A stretch of 64,000 nt of DNA from Setoptus koraiensis (lineage: Eukaryota; Animalia; Arthropoda), in contig CM106585.1 of the NCBI GenBank assembly GCA_048013815.1, positions 4,898,001 through 4,962,000 of the forward strand, given 5' to 3'. The notes under the pieces are model-generated. The model did not search any database. It was given only the letters and a program-made list of their open reading frames with translations, and had not been told where the DNA came from. The first letter of the stretch is position 1, and the number at the start of each line of letters is the position of its first letter. This document shows, in pieces, positions 52,428-63,807 of this stretch. The translations under genes and the position numbers were made by a program.

Positions 52428-54449
52428 AAATTTTCTCTTGCACAAATTTTATTCTTAAAGAACATCCACAAATCGAGCTTAGTTTCTATCCTCAACAAAT
52501 TTGACTGTTTGATTTTCTGCTGTAATCTTGAAGCTTTTGTCGATGCAGCTATCATTCAAACAGAATCATGTTATCATTTTCCCAGAAAACTTTTAATTAC
52601 TCCTTAATTCTCAATAGTGGTAGCCAGGATTTGTGATACTGCTCTGTCGGCAAGGTTGTCAGCAGCCTTTGAGATCGATACATGGGTATATCTGGGAATG
52701 GAAGACGAAGAAAGAAGGTGAAAACTTGATTTCGATGCTTTCTTCTTATCTGCCGCTAGTCAGCAATACAATAACGAGTTGATATACTTTTCACATGCTG
52801 CTTGTCGTGTATCTAACTTGAAAATTATTATTATTGCGATATTGATGTGATGGTAATCAAATACGTCTGTATTGTGTAAACAATGTTGAATACGAAAAAT
52901 CGCAAAACGCAATGGGGTGAAATATAGCTGCACCTATTCGTGCGATGAAGCCAAATTCTAGCTCTGTTGTTCAATACTTGCAAAAAAGTCGTAGCTCTGG
53001 AAGCGGCGCGTTTATTAGACTAAGACCATGTCCTCGGACGGAGTCCTCACTGTGATTAACCTAAATAAATACTGGCGTAAAGACCATGAAGCTGACCCTA
53101 TGTCCGAGGTGGCAACACTTTATAGTGATAAGGGCGAGTTATTCGAGTGTCTGATCTATCAACTGTCGATGGTAGGTCACATGCCTACCAGGGTGAGAAC
53201 TAGTAGCGGGGATTTGGGGCTCCACTCCGGAGCAAGCTCGAGAAACGGTTAACACATCTAAGGAGGGTAGCTGGCGCGCGAATTGCGCAGTACAATGTGG
53301 TCATGGTGAAGGAAAATAACGATGAAGTTCTTATTTACAAGATCTACAATTGAGTACACTGTAAATATGCCACTGTGATTCCTGCTCTAATACCGTATAT
53401 TTATAAGCTTGTTGCGGCCAGAAATCAAGTCGTAACAAGTTTCTCATAGTTGCACACAATTTGCAAGTTTACTTGAGTTGGGCTTCAGTGTGGGTTTTAT
53501 TGTGAGTCCCAGCCTTCTGATGTTAAGGTTCGTCCTCAGCAATAATCAGTTGTTGGACGATCTTTTTATGTTAATAAAGATGAAAATCGATATTGAAAAG
53601 TGACATCATTCTGTGCCGTCCCATGTTTACCCATTTCGAGATTGGGTAAACATCCACAACAAAAACATACATGTGAGAGGGTCATGCAGATAGAGGCAGT
53701 TAGAGAAGCATGTTGTCTAGAAATATGAACTCTGTTTGCTCAATAGACGCATTCTAGATAGAACGGATATTATAATCTGATTATGTTTATTGTTCTTTAG
53801 TCATTGCCTGGTCTAATGAAATCTTAAGTTGCTGTGGTTAACGAAGATTGTGATCTTACTGATTGCTTCTATATCACTGATGAGTTAGTTTCATGGCGTC
53901 GTAATATCATTCTTCTGTTTATTCATATTAAGACAATGCTACACACTTCGACTGTATCAATTCATATGCTCTCTGTATACTAGCATCAATACTATAGATA
54001 AGATGACATAGATTAGACTATTGAAAGTGTAAATGACTGACTACAATCTATCCGTTAAGGTTAGATATAGTAGCGGAATTGTGAGAAGATGCATGATGTA
54101 ACCAATGTTTGCGGGTAGCCTGAAGCCGGACGTGATTTCTTGAGCATTCAACCAGTTCAAGTTACTGAGAGCATCGAGATAGAACGAACTGCATCACAAT
54201 TTGAACATCCTTGTATGAACGTAACAAAAAAGATCTTATAAGGTAGATCAGGAATATTTTTAATTCAAAACAGACAAGCAACATGGTTATGATCGAGTTG
54301 TACCTGACGTTTTCACTTCCCGTTTGTGCATGGCCGCCATCTTTGTTGCAAACTGAGTCCTTAACCAAGAAGTCACCCAGATGCTTAGCAAGTGAGTATG
54401 ATCTAGTAAGGTAAAATTCCATCTAATTGTTGTCTATGCATTCGACAAA

Positions 54450-56256
54450 GTGCGAATGAGAGCAACTTCATCGGTATTGTTCGAGGCTATAACAAACCGT
54501 GAGCTCACTGTAAAACTTACAAGTATTATTGAGATTTCTAACACTTCATCGCTGAACAATTCGAACTTGAAAGGAGGTCACTTTTGGCCAAACGAGCCTG
54601 AAGGATATCTACTAGGTTATGTCATTGGTGAGTGGAATTGAACAGAAGTAGTAGAGTTAACAGGTGTCAACGAGTGGAGTGCATGGTGATCATTATTGGT
54701 CAGCTATTGAACTTGAACCAACCGACGAACTGAAAAGAGTTATTCTTCTTATGGTCTCCTTAATAACCGACAATAGGAGCAGGAGGGACCGCCTACGTTC
54801 AGGAAGCTTTCTGTAAGGAGAGACGCAAAAGATGTGCCATCAAAAGAATTAACCTTGAAAAATGGAGCGCCTCAATAGATGAGCTTCTCAAGGAAATCTA
54901 TGCCATGTCGGCTTGCCATCACGAAAATGTTATCACTTATTACACTTCTTTTGTCGTTAACGAAGAGCTGTGGCTAGTGATGAAACTTCAGTCTGGAGGT
55001 TGGTTCTCTAATCAATGTAATCTTAATGGGGAAAGTCAAGTGAAATAATTTTCGACTCATCAACTTTTTTCATTTGAATTTGAATGCTTGTATCAACTGT
55101 TTAATAGGTTCATTACTAGATATCATCAAACACAAGATGAAATCAGGTAGTTGCCATAACGGAGTTTTTGACGAATGCACTATAGCTACAGTTCTCAAGG
55201 AAGTTCTTAGAGGACTAGAGTACTTTCACAAAAACGGCAGAATACATCGTGATATTAAGGCGGCCAACATTTTACTTGGTGAAGATGGAACTGTACAAAT
55301 AGCAGATTTTGGAGCCAGTTCATGGGTAGAAACAATGGGTGGCTTATCAAGAGAACGTTCCCGCCACACATTCATCGGCACAGGTAATAATACAATTGTG
55401 ATATATAGTTATCATTATTAATAATATTAAGACAATAATTATGATGTAACTTTCTTTGTGTTACTCTAAATAATTGATTCGAGTTTTTTTTCTACTCTGT
55501 TTCTCCAGTAAGCTTCATGGCTCCAGAAGTGATCGAACAGGTTACCGGATATGATTTCAAGGCCGATATCTGGAGTTTTGGGATAACCGTGCTAGAGTTG
55601 ATAACTGGCACCGCACCCTATCACAAATTTCCACCAATGAAGGTAAACAAGACAAACATTGTCCTACTAAAGCTCCACTAGTAACATGAACCAAATCTAT
55701 ACATACCGGCAAACTATAAACTCATATTTCTTACCAATCTGTTTTACTTTCTTGCATCATCATATTTTAGGTTCTTATGTTGACCCTACAAAATGCACCA
55801 CCATCGTTGGAAAGTGTCCAGGAGGATGAGGAGCAGTATAAAAACTACGGAAAATCAATACGAAAATTGATAGTTGATTGTTTACAGAAAGACCCTACTA
55901 AAAGACCCACTGCCTCTGAACTTTTAAAGCACTCTTTTATGAAAAAAGCCAAAGACCGACGTTATCTAGTCCAAACATTACTATCTTGTGCGCCTACATT
56001 TGAAGAGCGATCACGCCGAGCACTAGATGGGAAACGATCGTCGGCAGCTGAAGCAAATCGATTGAGTCAAACAGAATCGGCCGATTGGGTTTGGTCCTCA
56101 GAAGATGGTAGCTTTAGACCAAATGTCCACAATCACAACAATGATCAACAACAACAACCACAACTGCAACAGACAGCCATGCCTTCGTTTCCACAACAAC
56201 TATGCAATCAGGGAAGTTTTAGCGATGACGAAAATGATGGTGATACCTTAAAGTGA
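54450..56256 (+). CDS. OXSR1: Ste20-family kinase, OXSR1/SPAK (frayed) type, C-terminally short; exons about 54450-54627, 54777-54998, 55108-55383, 55509-55642, 55771-56256
   Basis: [15 protein letters not shown]|[89 protein letters not shown] motif; four phase-consistent GT-AG introns. Start codon uncertain. Confidence 0.92.
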
Positions 56257-56376
56257 ATCTCATTGAAGTACACAAATACACAGAGTATAACTGAAGATCT
56301 CTCATGAAAGAATTTCTGTGTGAGAAACAATAGTTTGTGATTGTACTTTTTTAGTTAAATTTATTCATTAATCGCT

Positions 56377-57509
56377 TCAAACGAGAATACCCTTCTTGGC
56401 CAGACTGCTCTTGAGAGGTTTCAATTGTTTCTTCAAGCTAACCTTGGCCTTCGCTTTGAGGGCAGATTCTTTTTTCTTAAGGTTTGCTCGGATTGCTGCC
56501 TTTGCTTTACGCTTAAGCTCGAGAGTTTCTACAACATTAGCGTATTTCCATCCAACTTCTTGTGATAGTCTACCTACAGTACAATACTAGATATCAGATA
56601 AAGCAAGAAAGTTAGTGAGCATGTTGGAAATTTCTCCTATATTCTAGTCTCTTAGTAATGATCACTTCGGTATGAGTTGACACTTACCCTTCTGCCAGGT
56701 CTCAATTTGAGTATCCTCAGTGCTGGAGGCACGATCATTCTTTTAACCTTGTCATACGGTGGTGGCACTCCCTCGTGACAACGCAATCTGGACAAGGCAT
56801 CGTCTCCACGTTTCAATTTGTGTGGCACCATACCTCTGACGGTCCTCCAGAAAATTTTGGATGGAGCACGATAATGAAATGGTCCTCGTTTGGGGTTGAC
56901 ATTACAGCGCTTTCTCAGAAAGGCCAGGTATTTCAACTTGTTTCTGTAAAAGCTTCCTGAGATGTTGATTCCTTCACATCTGACAACGACAACTTTTTGA
57001 CCTGTATCGGATATAAAGAGATATATGTCACTATTAGTAACAGATTGATCAAGATGGTCACTAGTACATGATAGTGATGTTACGCTTCAGATGGTAGTGC
57101 ATGTAGATAGAATCATCAACTTCATAAAACCGTAAATTTTTTATCATCATTTTGGTAACCATAGAAGGAAATCTAATATTTGCACTGTTGTCTTGCTATG
57201 CGTTACCTTGCAATAATGTTTTGGCCACTATGGCCGCCAGTCTACCGAGGAGGTGACCTCGTCCGTCTATAACTAAGGGCTGTTGATTCACATGAGAAAC
57301 GGAAAAAGGCAATGGTTAGTGACATGTTACAAGGATATCAAGTGGCTTTGGACAATTTAGCTTCTATCAGACACATTAGAGATCCTTCATGTATGATCAG
57401 ATAATGTAGGTAAGAAAGTATAATCATCATATTCAGAATACTAGCATATTATACGTTCGGACTTTGAACGTCTACAACATCTTACCTTTGCCGAGAATCC
57501 GCCGGACAT
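56377..57509 (-). CDS. RPL13A: 60S ribosomal protein L13a (uL13); exons 57509-57486, 57279-57207, 57001-56688, 56586-56377
   Basis: [78 protein letters not shown]; canonical splice sites. Confidence 0.98.
57079..57159 (-). ncRNA. SNORD33: Box C/D snoRNA, SNORD33 (U33)-like, in RPL13A intron 2
   Basis: GTTAC/GTAAC terminal stem, C box ATGATGA (57150-57144), internal TGATGA C' box, guide ACATGCACTACCAT directly before D box CTGA (57090-57087). The guide matches the recalled U33 antisense element complementary to 18S GUGGUGGUGCAUG. Confidence 0.88.
57362..57438 (-). ncRNA. SNORD34: Box C/D snoRNA, SNORD34 (U34)-like, in RPL13A intron 1
   Basis: TTCT/AGAA stem, C box ATGATGA (57430-57424), guide CTTACCTACATT then AT then D' CTGA, terminal D box CTGA (57370-57367). 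The guide is complementary to 28S AAUGUAGGUAAG, as in recalled U34. Confidence 0.85.
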
Positions 57510-57953
57510 TATGAATATGGAATCTCTCGTACGAAAAATTTAAATTTAATAGATAGTCCTTTCTAATAATTAATAATTAGAACTATATATTTAATTCCAA
57601 TCTAGAAATAGTAACTAAGCATTGGTTGCGAATTGTTTTGAAACTGCCGACCCATCACCGCTTTATCATGTGGTCACACTGCAGTGAACTGTGCACACCT
57701 CCTATAGTTCCGGTACCATGCGAAAGCATGCGCGATTTTGTAGGCGCGCTATTCGAATGATATTTCTCAGAATTTTTTCTCGTTCTGCTCAACCTTCTCA
57801 TGATTTGTATTTTATCTTGAATTAGTCGTATCTACTTCTAGCAATGAGTCAATTCAGGTGACCACCTTTTATTTTTGTACAGAAAATCTTTATTCTTGTA
57901 TAATGAGGCATGTTTCACGATCAGGCAACAGGGCATGACAATGAAAATAGAGA

Positions 57954-59237
57954 TCATTCAACCTTAGATTCTTTATCCCTCTTGGACCAGAATCTGGCAC
58001 GGAAATCTTCACTACAGGTCAAGAACGAGGGGCCCACAGGAGAGTGAGTTATAAATCTTACAGTGTTATTGTGACATAATGACAACTGTTGGAGACTGAC
58101 GGCATTTCTTGAGTTCCAACTCTTCAGGGTAGTTGTTTTGCAGTCAGGATACATAACATAATCCTCCGTGTGATTGAATAAAGCCTGAGCACGATGTGTA
58201 CCTTTGTTGGAAGAGCTTGAACCGCTTGAATATGTTAGTATACATCTAGCCATTGACAGTTCCCACAATTTTACTGTATCATCCTTTCCAGCAGATAAAA
58301 CATACTTGCCATTCTTTGAGAATGCAACGGAGCTTATTTCTGTGCCATCATGAGCCTTCCTAAATACATTTATGCATCTGTTGGAGATGCCATCCCACAC
58401 GCGAATATCCCCATCTTTTGACGAACTCGCATACATAGTTGCATTCATATTGTAATCCAATTTTGTGACTGGTCCGGTGTGTTGATCTAATGGATTAGAA
58501 CTGACGAAACATTGACAAGTATTCGTATCATACAATCGAATAGTTGGCTGATGTGTACCGACAAGCATGTAATTTCCCCCCGGATGAAATGTGAAACATC
58601 TGACTGGACTTGCCTCTTGGATGGTCTTTAATGATCGTTTAGAGTTAGCTCTTGAATAGTCATAAAATTTGATGGTCATATCAGAACTTCCACTTGCTAG
58701 AATCCGTTCTGTGGGGTGGAACTGTAGATAAGTCACCTCCTCTGTATGGTCATATAATGTTCGTATTACAGGATGAGAATGCTGATTGTCTTGATTGTTG
58801 GCCTGATGGTTGTTGTTATCTGTCTGATTTGATAATGTACTTTTGACAATCATTCGCTCAACATCCAATATCTTTATGGAGGCATCGACACTTCCTGTGG
58901 CAATAAAGGATCCGTTGGGACTGAATGCTCCGGCTCGACAGGGTGCTTTATGAGAGGTAACATAAACCGTTTCGTATACATTTGGCGTGGGCGAGACACA
59001 TGTGGCATCTGGATCGTTGTCTAAATCTATGCATGACATAGAGGACCCCTCGTCCATAATATTGCTAGATTTGGAACTAACTGTAAGATTCTCTTGGACA
59101 AGGTTGTACAATTTTTCACAAGGAGGGCACGTTCTTGGCAGTTTGGCAGCCGCGCATACTGAATGAGCGGCCTCTTGGTGGCCGTCATACAATAATTGGC
59201 TGATTATCATTTTATATAATTCTTCCTTCTTCTTCAT
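57954..59237 (-). CDS. CSTF1: Cleavage stimulation factor 50-kDa subunit (WD40), single exon
   Basis: N-terminal LYKMIISQLLYDG dimerisation motif, YETVYVTSHKAPCRAGAFS, HPVIRTLYDH and seven WD repeats. Confidence 0.97.
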   Translation of the reverse strand: MKKKEELYKMIISQLLYDGHQEAAHSVCAAAKLPRTCPPCEKLYNLVQENLTVSSKSSNIMDEGSSMSCIDLDNDPDATCVSPTPNVYETVYVTSHKAPCRAGAFSPNGSFIATGSVDASIKILDVERMIVKSTLSNQTDNNNHQANNQDNQHSHPVIRTLYDHTEEVTYLQFHPTERILASGSSDMTIKFYDYSRANSKRSLKTIQEASPVRCFTFHPGGNYMLVGTHQPTIRLYDTNTCQCFVSSNPLDQHTGPVTKLDYNMNATMYASSSKDGDIRVWDGISNRCINVFRKAHDGTEISSVAFSKNGKYVLSAGKDDTVKLWELSMARCILTYSSGSSSSNKGTHRAQALFNHTEDYVMYPDCKTTTLKSWNSRNAVSLQQLSLCHNNTVRFITHSPVGPSFLTCSEDFRARFWSKRDKESKVE

Positions 59238-59356
59238 GTTGATGATTAAATTAAATAACCAGTTGTATCCTCAGTAAATCAGAGGACGTAAACAATAATT
59301 TGACAGACAGATGGGAATCGGTCGTACGAGTTTTCAAAACTACAGGCGTGTTCAGA

Positions 59357-59669
59357 ATGTTTTCATTGCGCACGAGTGCGCTCTGCGCGACTGGCACCGC
59401 TTATGCAATAGATAAATTCGTGACGTGCATAATGCACGGTGCATTGCAACTTTTACTCTATATGCCAAGCTACATTGATAATGATTTTGCAGTTTGCAGC
59501 AAATACAACCGTCGACAAATTGATTGGCGCAGCAAGGAACATTGTCGATTCTTTCGAAGGCATGACAATTAAACTATCACAGGGTCTAGATCGACTGAAT
59601 TCCTACAGGGACATTTTCGAACAACTGTTTCAAGTGGCGAAAAATTTTAATCCAGAGCTGTCTGAATAA
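59357..59669 (+). CDS. Possible BORCS7-like small helical protein; putative exons 59357-59419 and 59493-59669
   Basis: Phase-0 join gives ...CATGTAYAIDKFFAANTTVDKLIGAARNIVDSFEGM..., resembling recalled BORCS7 (TCGTDVIALTKQVL...ELLGQAARNMV). The donor GTGACG is weak. Confidence 0.4.
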
Positions 59670-59737
59670 TTACAATAATAAATCATTATTACAATCAATA
59701 TAGCTAGAACTATGCGTTTATTGTTACATCAGTCATA

Positions 59738-62335
59738 TTAAAGTTTTATCCATGATGAGTTCATTGCCGTAGTGGAATTTTTAGACAAATCTAATATCCT
59801 CAAAGAACCGACTGCGGGGTGGCTGGGTGGGTCAGTCGATGCCTTAAATTTTTGGCATTGAATGCTTGGACTTCTTGGTAGGGCAAATCTAGCCAAGTTG
59901 GCCTCTCTTGTATGAGCAGCCGGTGGTTCGCTTGGAGTTGGTGCTTGTAGCTTATTAAGCATCTTATTAATACCTGCTAAGTTATCAATCTCGTTAGTTA
60001 ATGATTCGGACATCATATTTAGATTTGCGAAATTGTCGAGATACGACTTCAAACCATGCTGCTGATCAATAATTTTCAAATCGCTACAATGCCTTGTCAC
60101 TGCCTTGAGCAACCTATCAGCGAGATGGTCCACCTGCTTGATTAATTCTTGCTCATGCTTTAGAAGACGTTGATTTTTCTCCTGCTCTTCGGATATTTTT
60201 TTACATATACTTTCTTTGTATTCGTTAGATTGCATATATGTCAGAAATGCTTTGACTTTCTTCTTGAAATCTTTAACCAGCTTGTCGAAGCTACCAGAAG
60301 GCATCCATTGCGTAATATCACGGATCACAACATCAGGCATGGAAGTTGACTCCTGATATGAATCTAGCTTTTGTTCTATGCATCCTGGTGCCGGTTGGGG
60401 ATAATAACTGGAAGGACCTGCGACACTCTCCACCGTTTTGTTGTGCAAAAGATTTAAAACAGCTGCAGCAGCAGCAGTTTTCTTCTTCGAGCTAGCTCTA
60501 GATTTTGGAGAACTGTCCTTCTTTATACTAACGCCTGATTTGGATAAACTCAGCTTCAATTTAAGTTTTAGCTTAGATTGTTTGATTGGTTTGCTGCTGT
60601 CTTCATTCGTTGTCTCCTCGGTTTCGCACTTAACAATTTGGTGAGTCTTCTGAGGTACATCTCTGGATTTCTTCGGCTCTTCTTTTTTGGGTATGACAGG
60701 AGAGGCAGTATCCATCTTCTCGAAAGTTTCAGTCACTTCATTTACTTTTTGCACTTCTTTCACTTCTTTTGCTTCTTTTGCTTCTTTCACATCTTTCACT
60801 TCCTTTACTTCTCTTACTTCTTTCGCCTCTCGTACTTCCTTAACTTCTCTAAGCTCTTTCCCTCCTTTCACCTCTTCAATTTCTTTTACTTTTATTTGTT
60901 TTATCTGTTTCGTCTGTTTTATCTCTTTCCCTCCTTTTCCTTCCTTCTCTTCAACTACAACTTTCGCTTTTCCCTCTTCTTTCGGTTTGGCTTTGAAGGG
61001 TGATTCGACTTCGGTAACTTCGGTACATACATTTGTGTTCGCACCATAGTTATTGTTGTTTTCACTGTTGATACTAGTGATATTGTTATTGTTTTTACTA
61101 TTATTGTTGTTATTGTTAGTATTGATGGTATTAACGTTTTTAGTATTGTTTGATGAAGAGGTATGAGCTGTGGAATTGCACCATTCTGACCAGGCTTTTC
61201 GTGTTGTCGGACCATAGAATGCTCCCTCATCAGAATCGTTGGATAGCGATTCAGAACTGCCTTTTCTACTTGACCGCCTTCTCTCCTTTTTACCTCTCTT
61301 GGAAGACTTCTCCTGCTGACGTTTGAGTCTCTCATAATATCGCTCAATTCTAGAAGTATCGATTACATGGAGATAATAGGATACAGGTCGATCAGTCCAA
61401 GATACAGTGTCTTTCTTTTGCTCGGGCTGAATTTCCCGAACATTCATGATTGAACCAATGTCGGTGAGATTTCGCTCCGTAACTCTAGTTTTGGGTGGGC
61501 AAAATCTCTTGGAGGATATAATCTTGGTACCATCACTCAGTTCTGTAAATCTCCTTTTGAGCTCATGATCAACTTCGGGTCCGAATGCGAAATTGTTAAC
61601 AAAAATGAATGTGGCACGGTTGATCATTGATTTGAAGTCCGAATCGAAGAAATCACCTTTGATAAGTTGGAAATCGTTGTGAACTTTGCCATGCCATGCC
61701 ATCCAGAATTTAAATTTTGAGGTCATGGTTTCCGCGTACTTGGCCGGCACGTCAGCTTTCTCGATACCTATACATTCTTTACATGGTGTAAGTGCAGCGA
61801 TTTGTAAGACAACTTGACCTACGCCACTTCCGAGATCAATGAAGACATCTTGGTCTGTCAATTCTATTTCTTCAATCATTTGAGATATGAATTCGAATGA
61901 AGTTTCTCCGTAAACCCCAGATGAAAAAGGTTGATATTGGTTTAGTTTATCTGGATCAGTAACAGCATAATTATATACTTGTTGTATTATGTGTTTAACC
62001 AAACCCACACATGGTTTCGATGTCTTTGGCTTAAGAGGGCCTCCTGCGCGTTTTAATGTAGCTTGCACTAGGTTATTGTACTTTTCGCTTACAAGTCGAA
62101 CAGTTTCAAAACTTCTGATGTCTGGATAGTCTTCAAGAATACTTTTGATGGGATTTTCGAGATCCTCGAATTCGTGGGCAACCCATCGAATAGTTTCAAT
62201 AATCTCAGCGCCGCCATCTATTTTATTTCCAGCCGAAGTATAAGTTAGAGGCCATTTATAAATAGCGGGTTCTTTGCCTAGTGGCGAGTTTAAATAAATA
62301 TTAGGGTATTCTAATTTTGGCTTTGGAAGCGACAT
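59738..62335 (-). CDS. DOT1L: DOT1L (grappa) histone H3K79 methyltransferase, single exon
   Basis: YKWPL, LNQYQPFSSGVYGETSF, VFIDLGSGVGQVVLQ, GIEKAD, KGDFF, FVNNFAFGPEVD, VSWTDRPVSYYLH; followed by low-complexity and coiled-coil regions. Confidence 0.97.
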   Translation of the reverse strand: MSLPKPKLEYPNIYLNSPLGKEPAIYKWPLTYTSAGNKIDGGAEIIETIRWVAHEFEDLENPIKSILEDYPDIRSFETVRLVSEKYNNLVQATLKRAGGPLKPKTSKPCVGLVKHIIQQVYNYAVTDPDKLNQYQPFSSGVYGETSFEFISQMIEEIELTDQDVFIDLGSGVGQVVLQIAALTPCKECIGIEKADVPAKYAETMTSKFKFWMAWHGKVHNDFQLIKGDFFDSDFKSMINRATFIFVNNFAFGPEVDHELKRRFTELSDGTKIISSKRFCPPKTRVTERNLTDIGSIMNVREIQPEQKKDTVSWTDRPVSYYLHVIDTSRIERYYERLKRQQEKSSKRGKKERRRSSRKGSSESLSNDSDEGAFYGPTTRKAWSEWCNSTAHTSSSNNTKNVNTINTNNNNNNSKNNNNITSINSENNNNYGANTNVCTEVTEVESPFKAKPKEEGKAKVVVEEKEGKGGKEIKQTKQIKQIKVKEIEEVKGGKELREVKEVREAKEVREVKEVKDVKEAKEAKEVKEVQKVNEVTETFEKMDTASPVIPKKEEPKKSRDVPQKTHQIVKCETEETTNEDSSKPIKQSKLKLKLKLSLSKSGVSIKKDSSPKSRASSKKKTAAAAAVLNLLHNKTVESVAGPSSYYPQPAPGCIEQKLDSYQESTSMPDVVIRDITQWMPSGSFDKLVKDFKKKVKAFLTYMQSNEYKESICKKISEEQEKNQRLLKHEQELIKQVDHLADRLLKAVTRHCSDLKIIDQQHGLKSYLDNFANLNMMSESLTNEIDNLAGINKMLNKLQAPTPSEPPAAHTREANLARFALPRSPSIQCQKFKASTDPPSHPAVGSLRILDLSKNSTTAMNSSWIKL

Positions 62336-63807
62336 TGTATAGTAATGCGTCGAGAGAGAGAAAGAGATATGTTTCTCGACAGAATTGACTTGGCTAGTTT
62401 TGTTTATAGTGGGTCATGACTACGGTAAAAAATACGTTTGCGAATACGTTTCTGTCTGCCCTCGTCGATATGGGCAGATTATTCAGGTGAGTATAGGAAG
62501 ATTATAATAGGTAGATATTTGGTATTGTATTTGCCACATTTCATGTACTGCAAGAATTTGAGTGGGAGCTAGCATCTGATTCGCTTGGCCAGTCTTTGTT
62601 CGATATTACACATGAGGTAGCAGTTTTTTAAATCTGTGTATGATCTAGGGTAATTTGTTGAACATGAGGTCCATTAGATCGCAAGTCGAACGGGTAAATA
62701 GGTGTTTTGAGCATCAGCGTGTCAATCTTGTGTTGGTATAATTACTTCCTTTCTCTTGAATTTATAGCTAATAGCTAGTTGTATTCTAATAAATAATCTA
62801 TTCTTCAATTGCTAAATATCTTTTTTGCAACTAAATAATCTACACAAAACAATTGTTCTTGTAATAAATATATTATAATTTATATATAATCCTATATTAT
62901 TAAATACGAATAAATGGTCATAATAGTAGAGTTGTTGGAGAAAATATATATAAAATATAATCGCTAGAGTTCATCTTCTGCTAGCCAATGTCTTGCCTCA
63001 TGATGGAATCCACAATTATTGTCCAATACGATGCAACAACAATAATGACGGTAATTATTATTATTCACAATTCCACCGGGCGTCATTGTGTAGAATGTGC
63101 GCCTAATGGGGGCTCCCGTGTGAGAATCGTGTGGATCTGTAATATATATATTATATTATATAGTATACAGAAGGAGAGAACTGAGGAACTAAACGCGAAA
63201 TCCATATCATGTGTGTGTTCTTCTTTTTGGTGAACATTGTACAAAACAGTGCGCTTCTGAGGCAATCGGCAATGTGTGCTTGCACTCCACAGTGAGCAAT
63301 ATAATACTGGGTGAAAGACAAAGAATGATGACTACATCGAACTTGTTCTGTACGAACAGTGGCATATATCTTCCAAATGTGTGAGTGTGTGTGTTCGCTT
63401 GAGCGTGTGCGTGTGTGTGTGCGCATCCTCATTCCACTTTGGTACAGCATAATTCAGGACAGTGAATAGAATCATATTCTACTAGAGTAACTCTAGTTCA
63501 TCTCCTACTCTTGCGCTCCACAAGCGAACGATAACTTTATTTTCAGCTCTGCTCTACCGCTAGCACTATTGCCCGTGTAATGGTCATTTAAACACTGTCA
63601 CCCAGAAGTACAATTGAACGAGGCTAGAGGGAGCCACTCTCCAAATCAAACCAAATGTACACAAATAAATGGTCTAGCGCATTTTAGGTGTTGCGTTCCA
63701 TCAACATATTCTCTCATCGTCGCTAGCGGATATTTTTATTTACCATCTTCACCAAATTCACTCAATCTCAATTTATATACTATCATAGTATATAAACCGA
63801 CACAACT

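Noticed and set aside
52604-52755. Minus-strand open stretch (AADKKKASKS...KAADNLADRAVSQILATTIEN) after a possible acceptor
   Set aside because: Only 49 codons, no upstream exon or start found, no recognisable family.
53427-53443. AAGTCGTAACAAG matching the conserved 3' end of SSU rRNA
   Set aside because: Only 13 nt with no flanking rRNA similarity; consistent with chance.
54680-54745. GDHYWS-like echo of the preceding kinase exon (GGHFWP) inside intron 1
   Set aside because: Similarity too short and degenerate to support a duplicated or alternative exon.
56587-56687. Possible third snoRNA in RPL13A intron 3
   Set aside because: No good C box, and the CTGA is only 7 nt from the 3' splice site.
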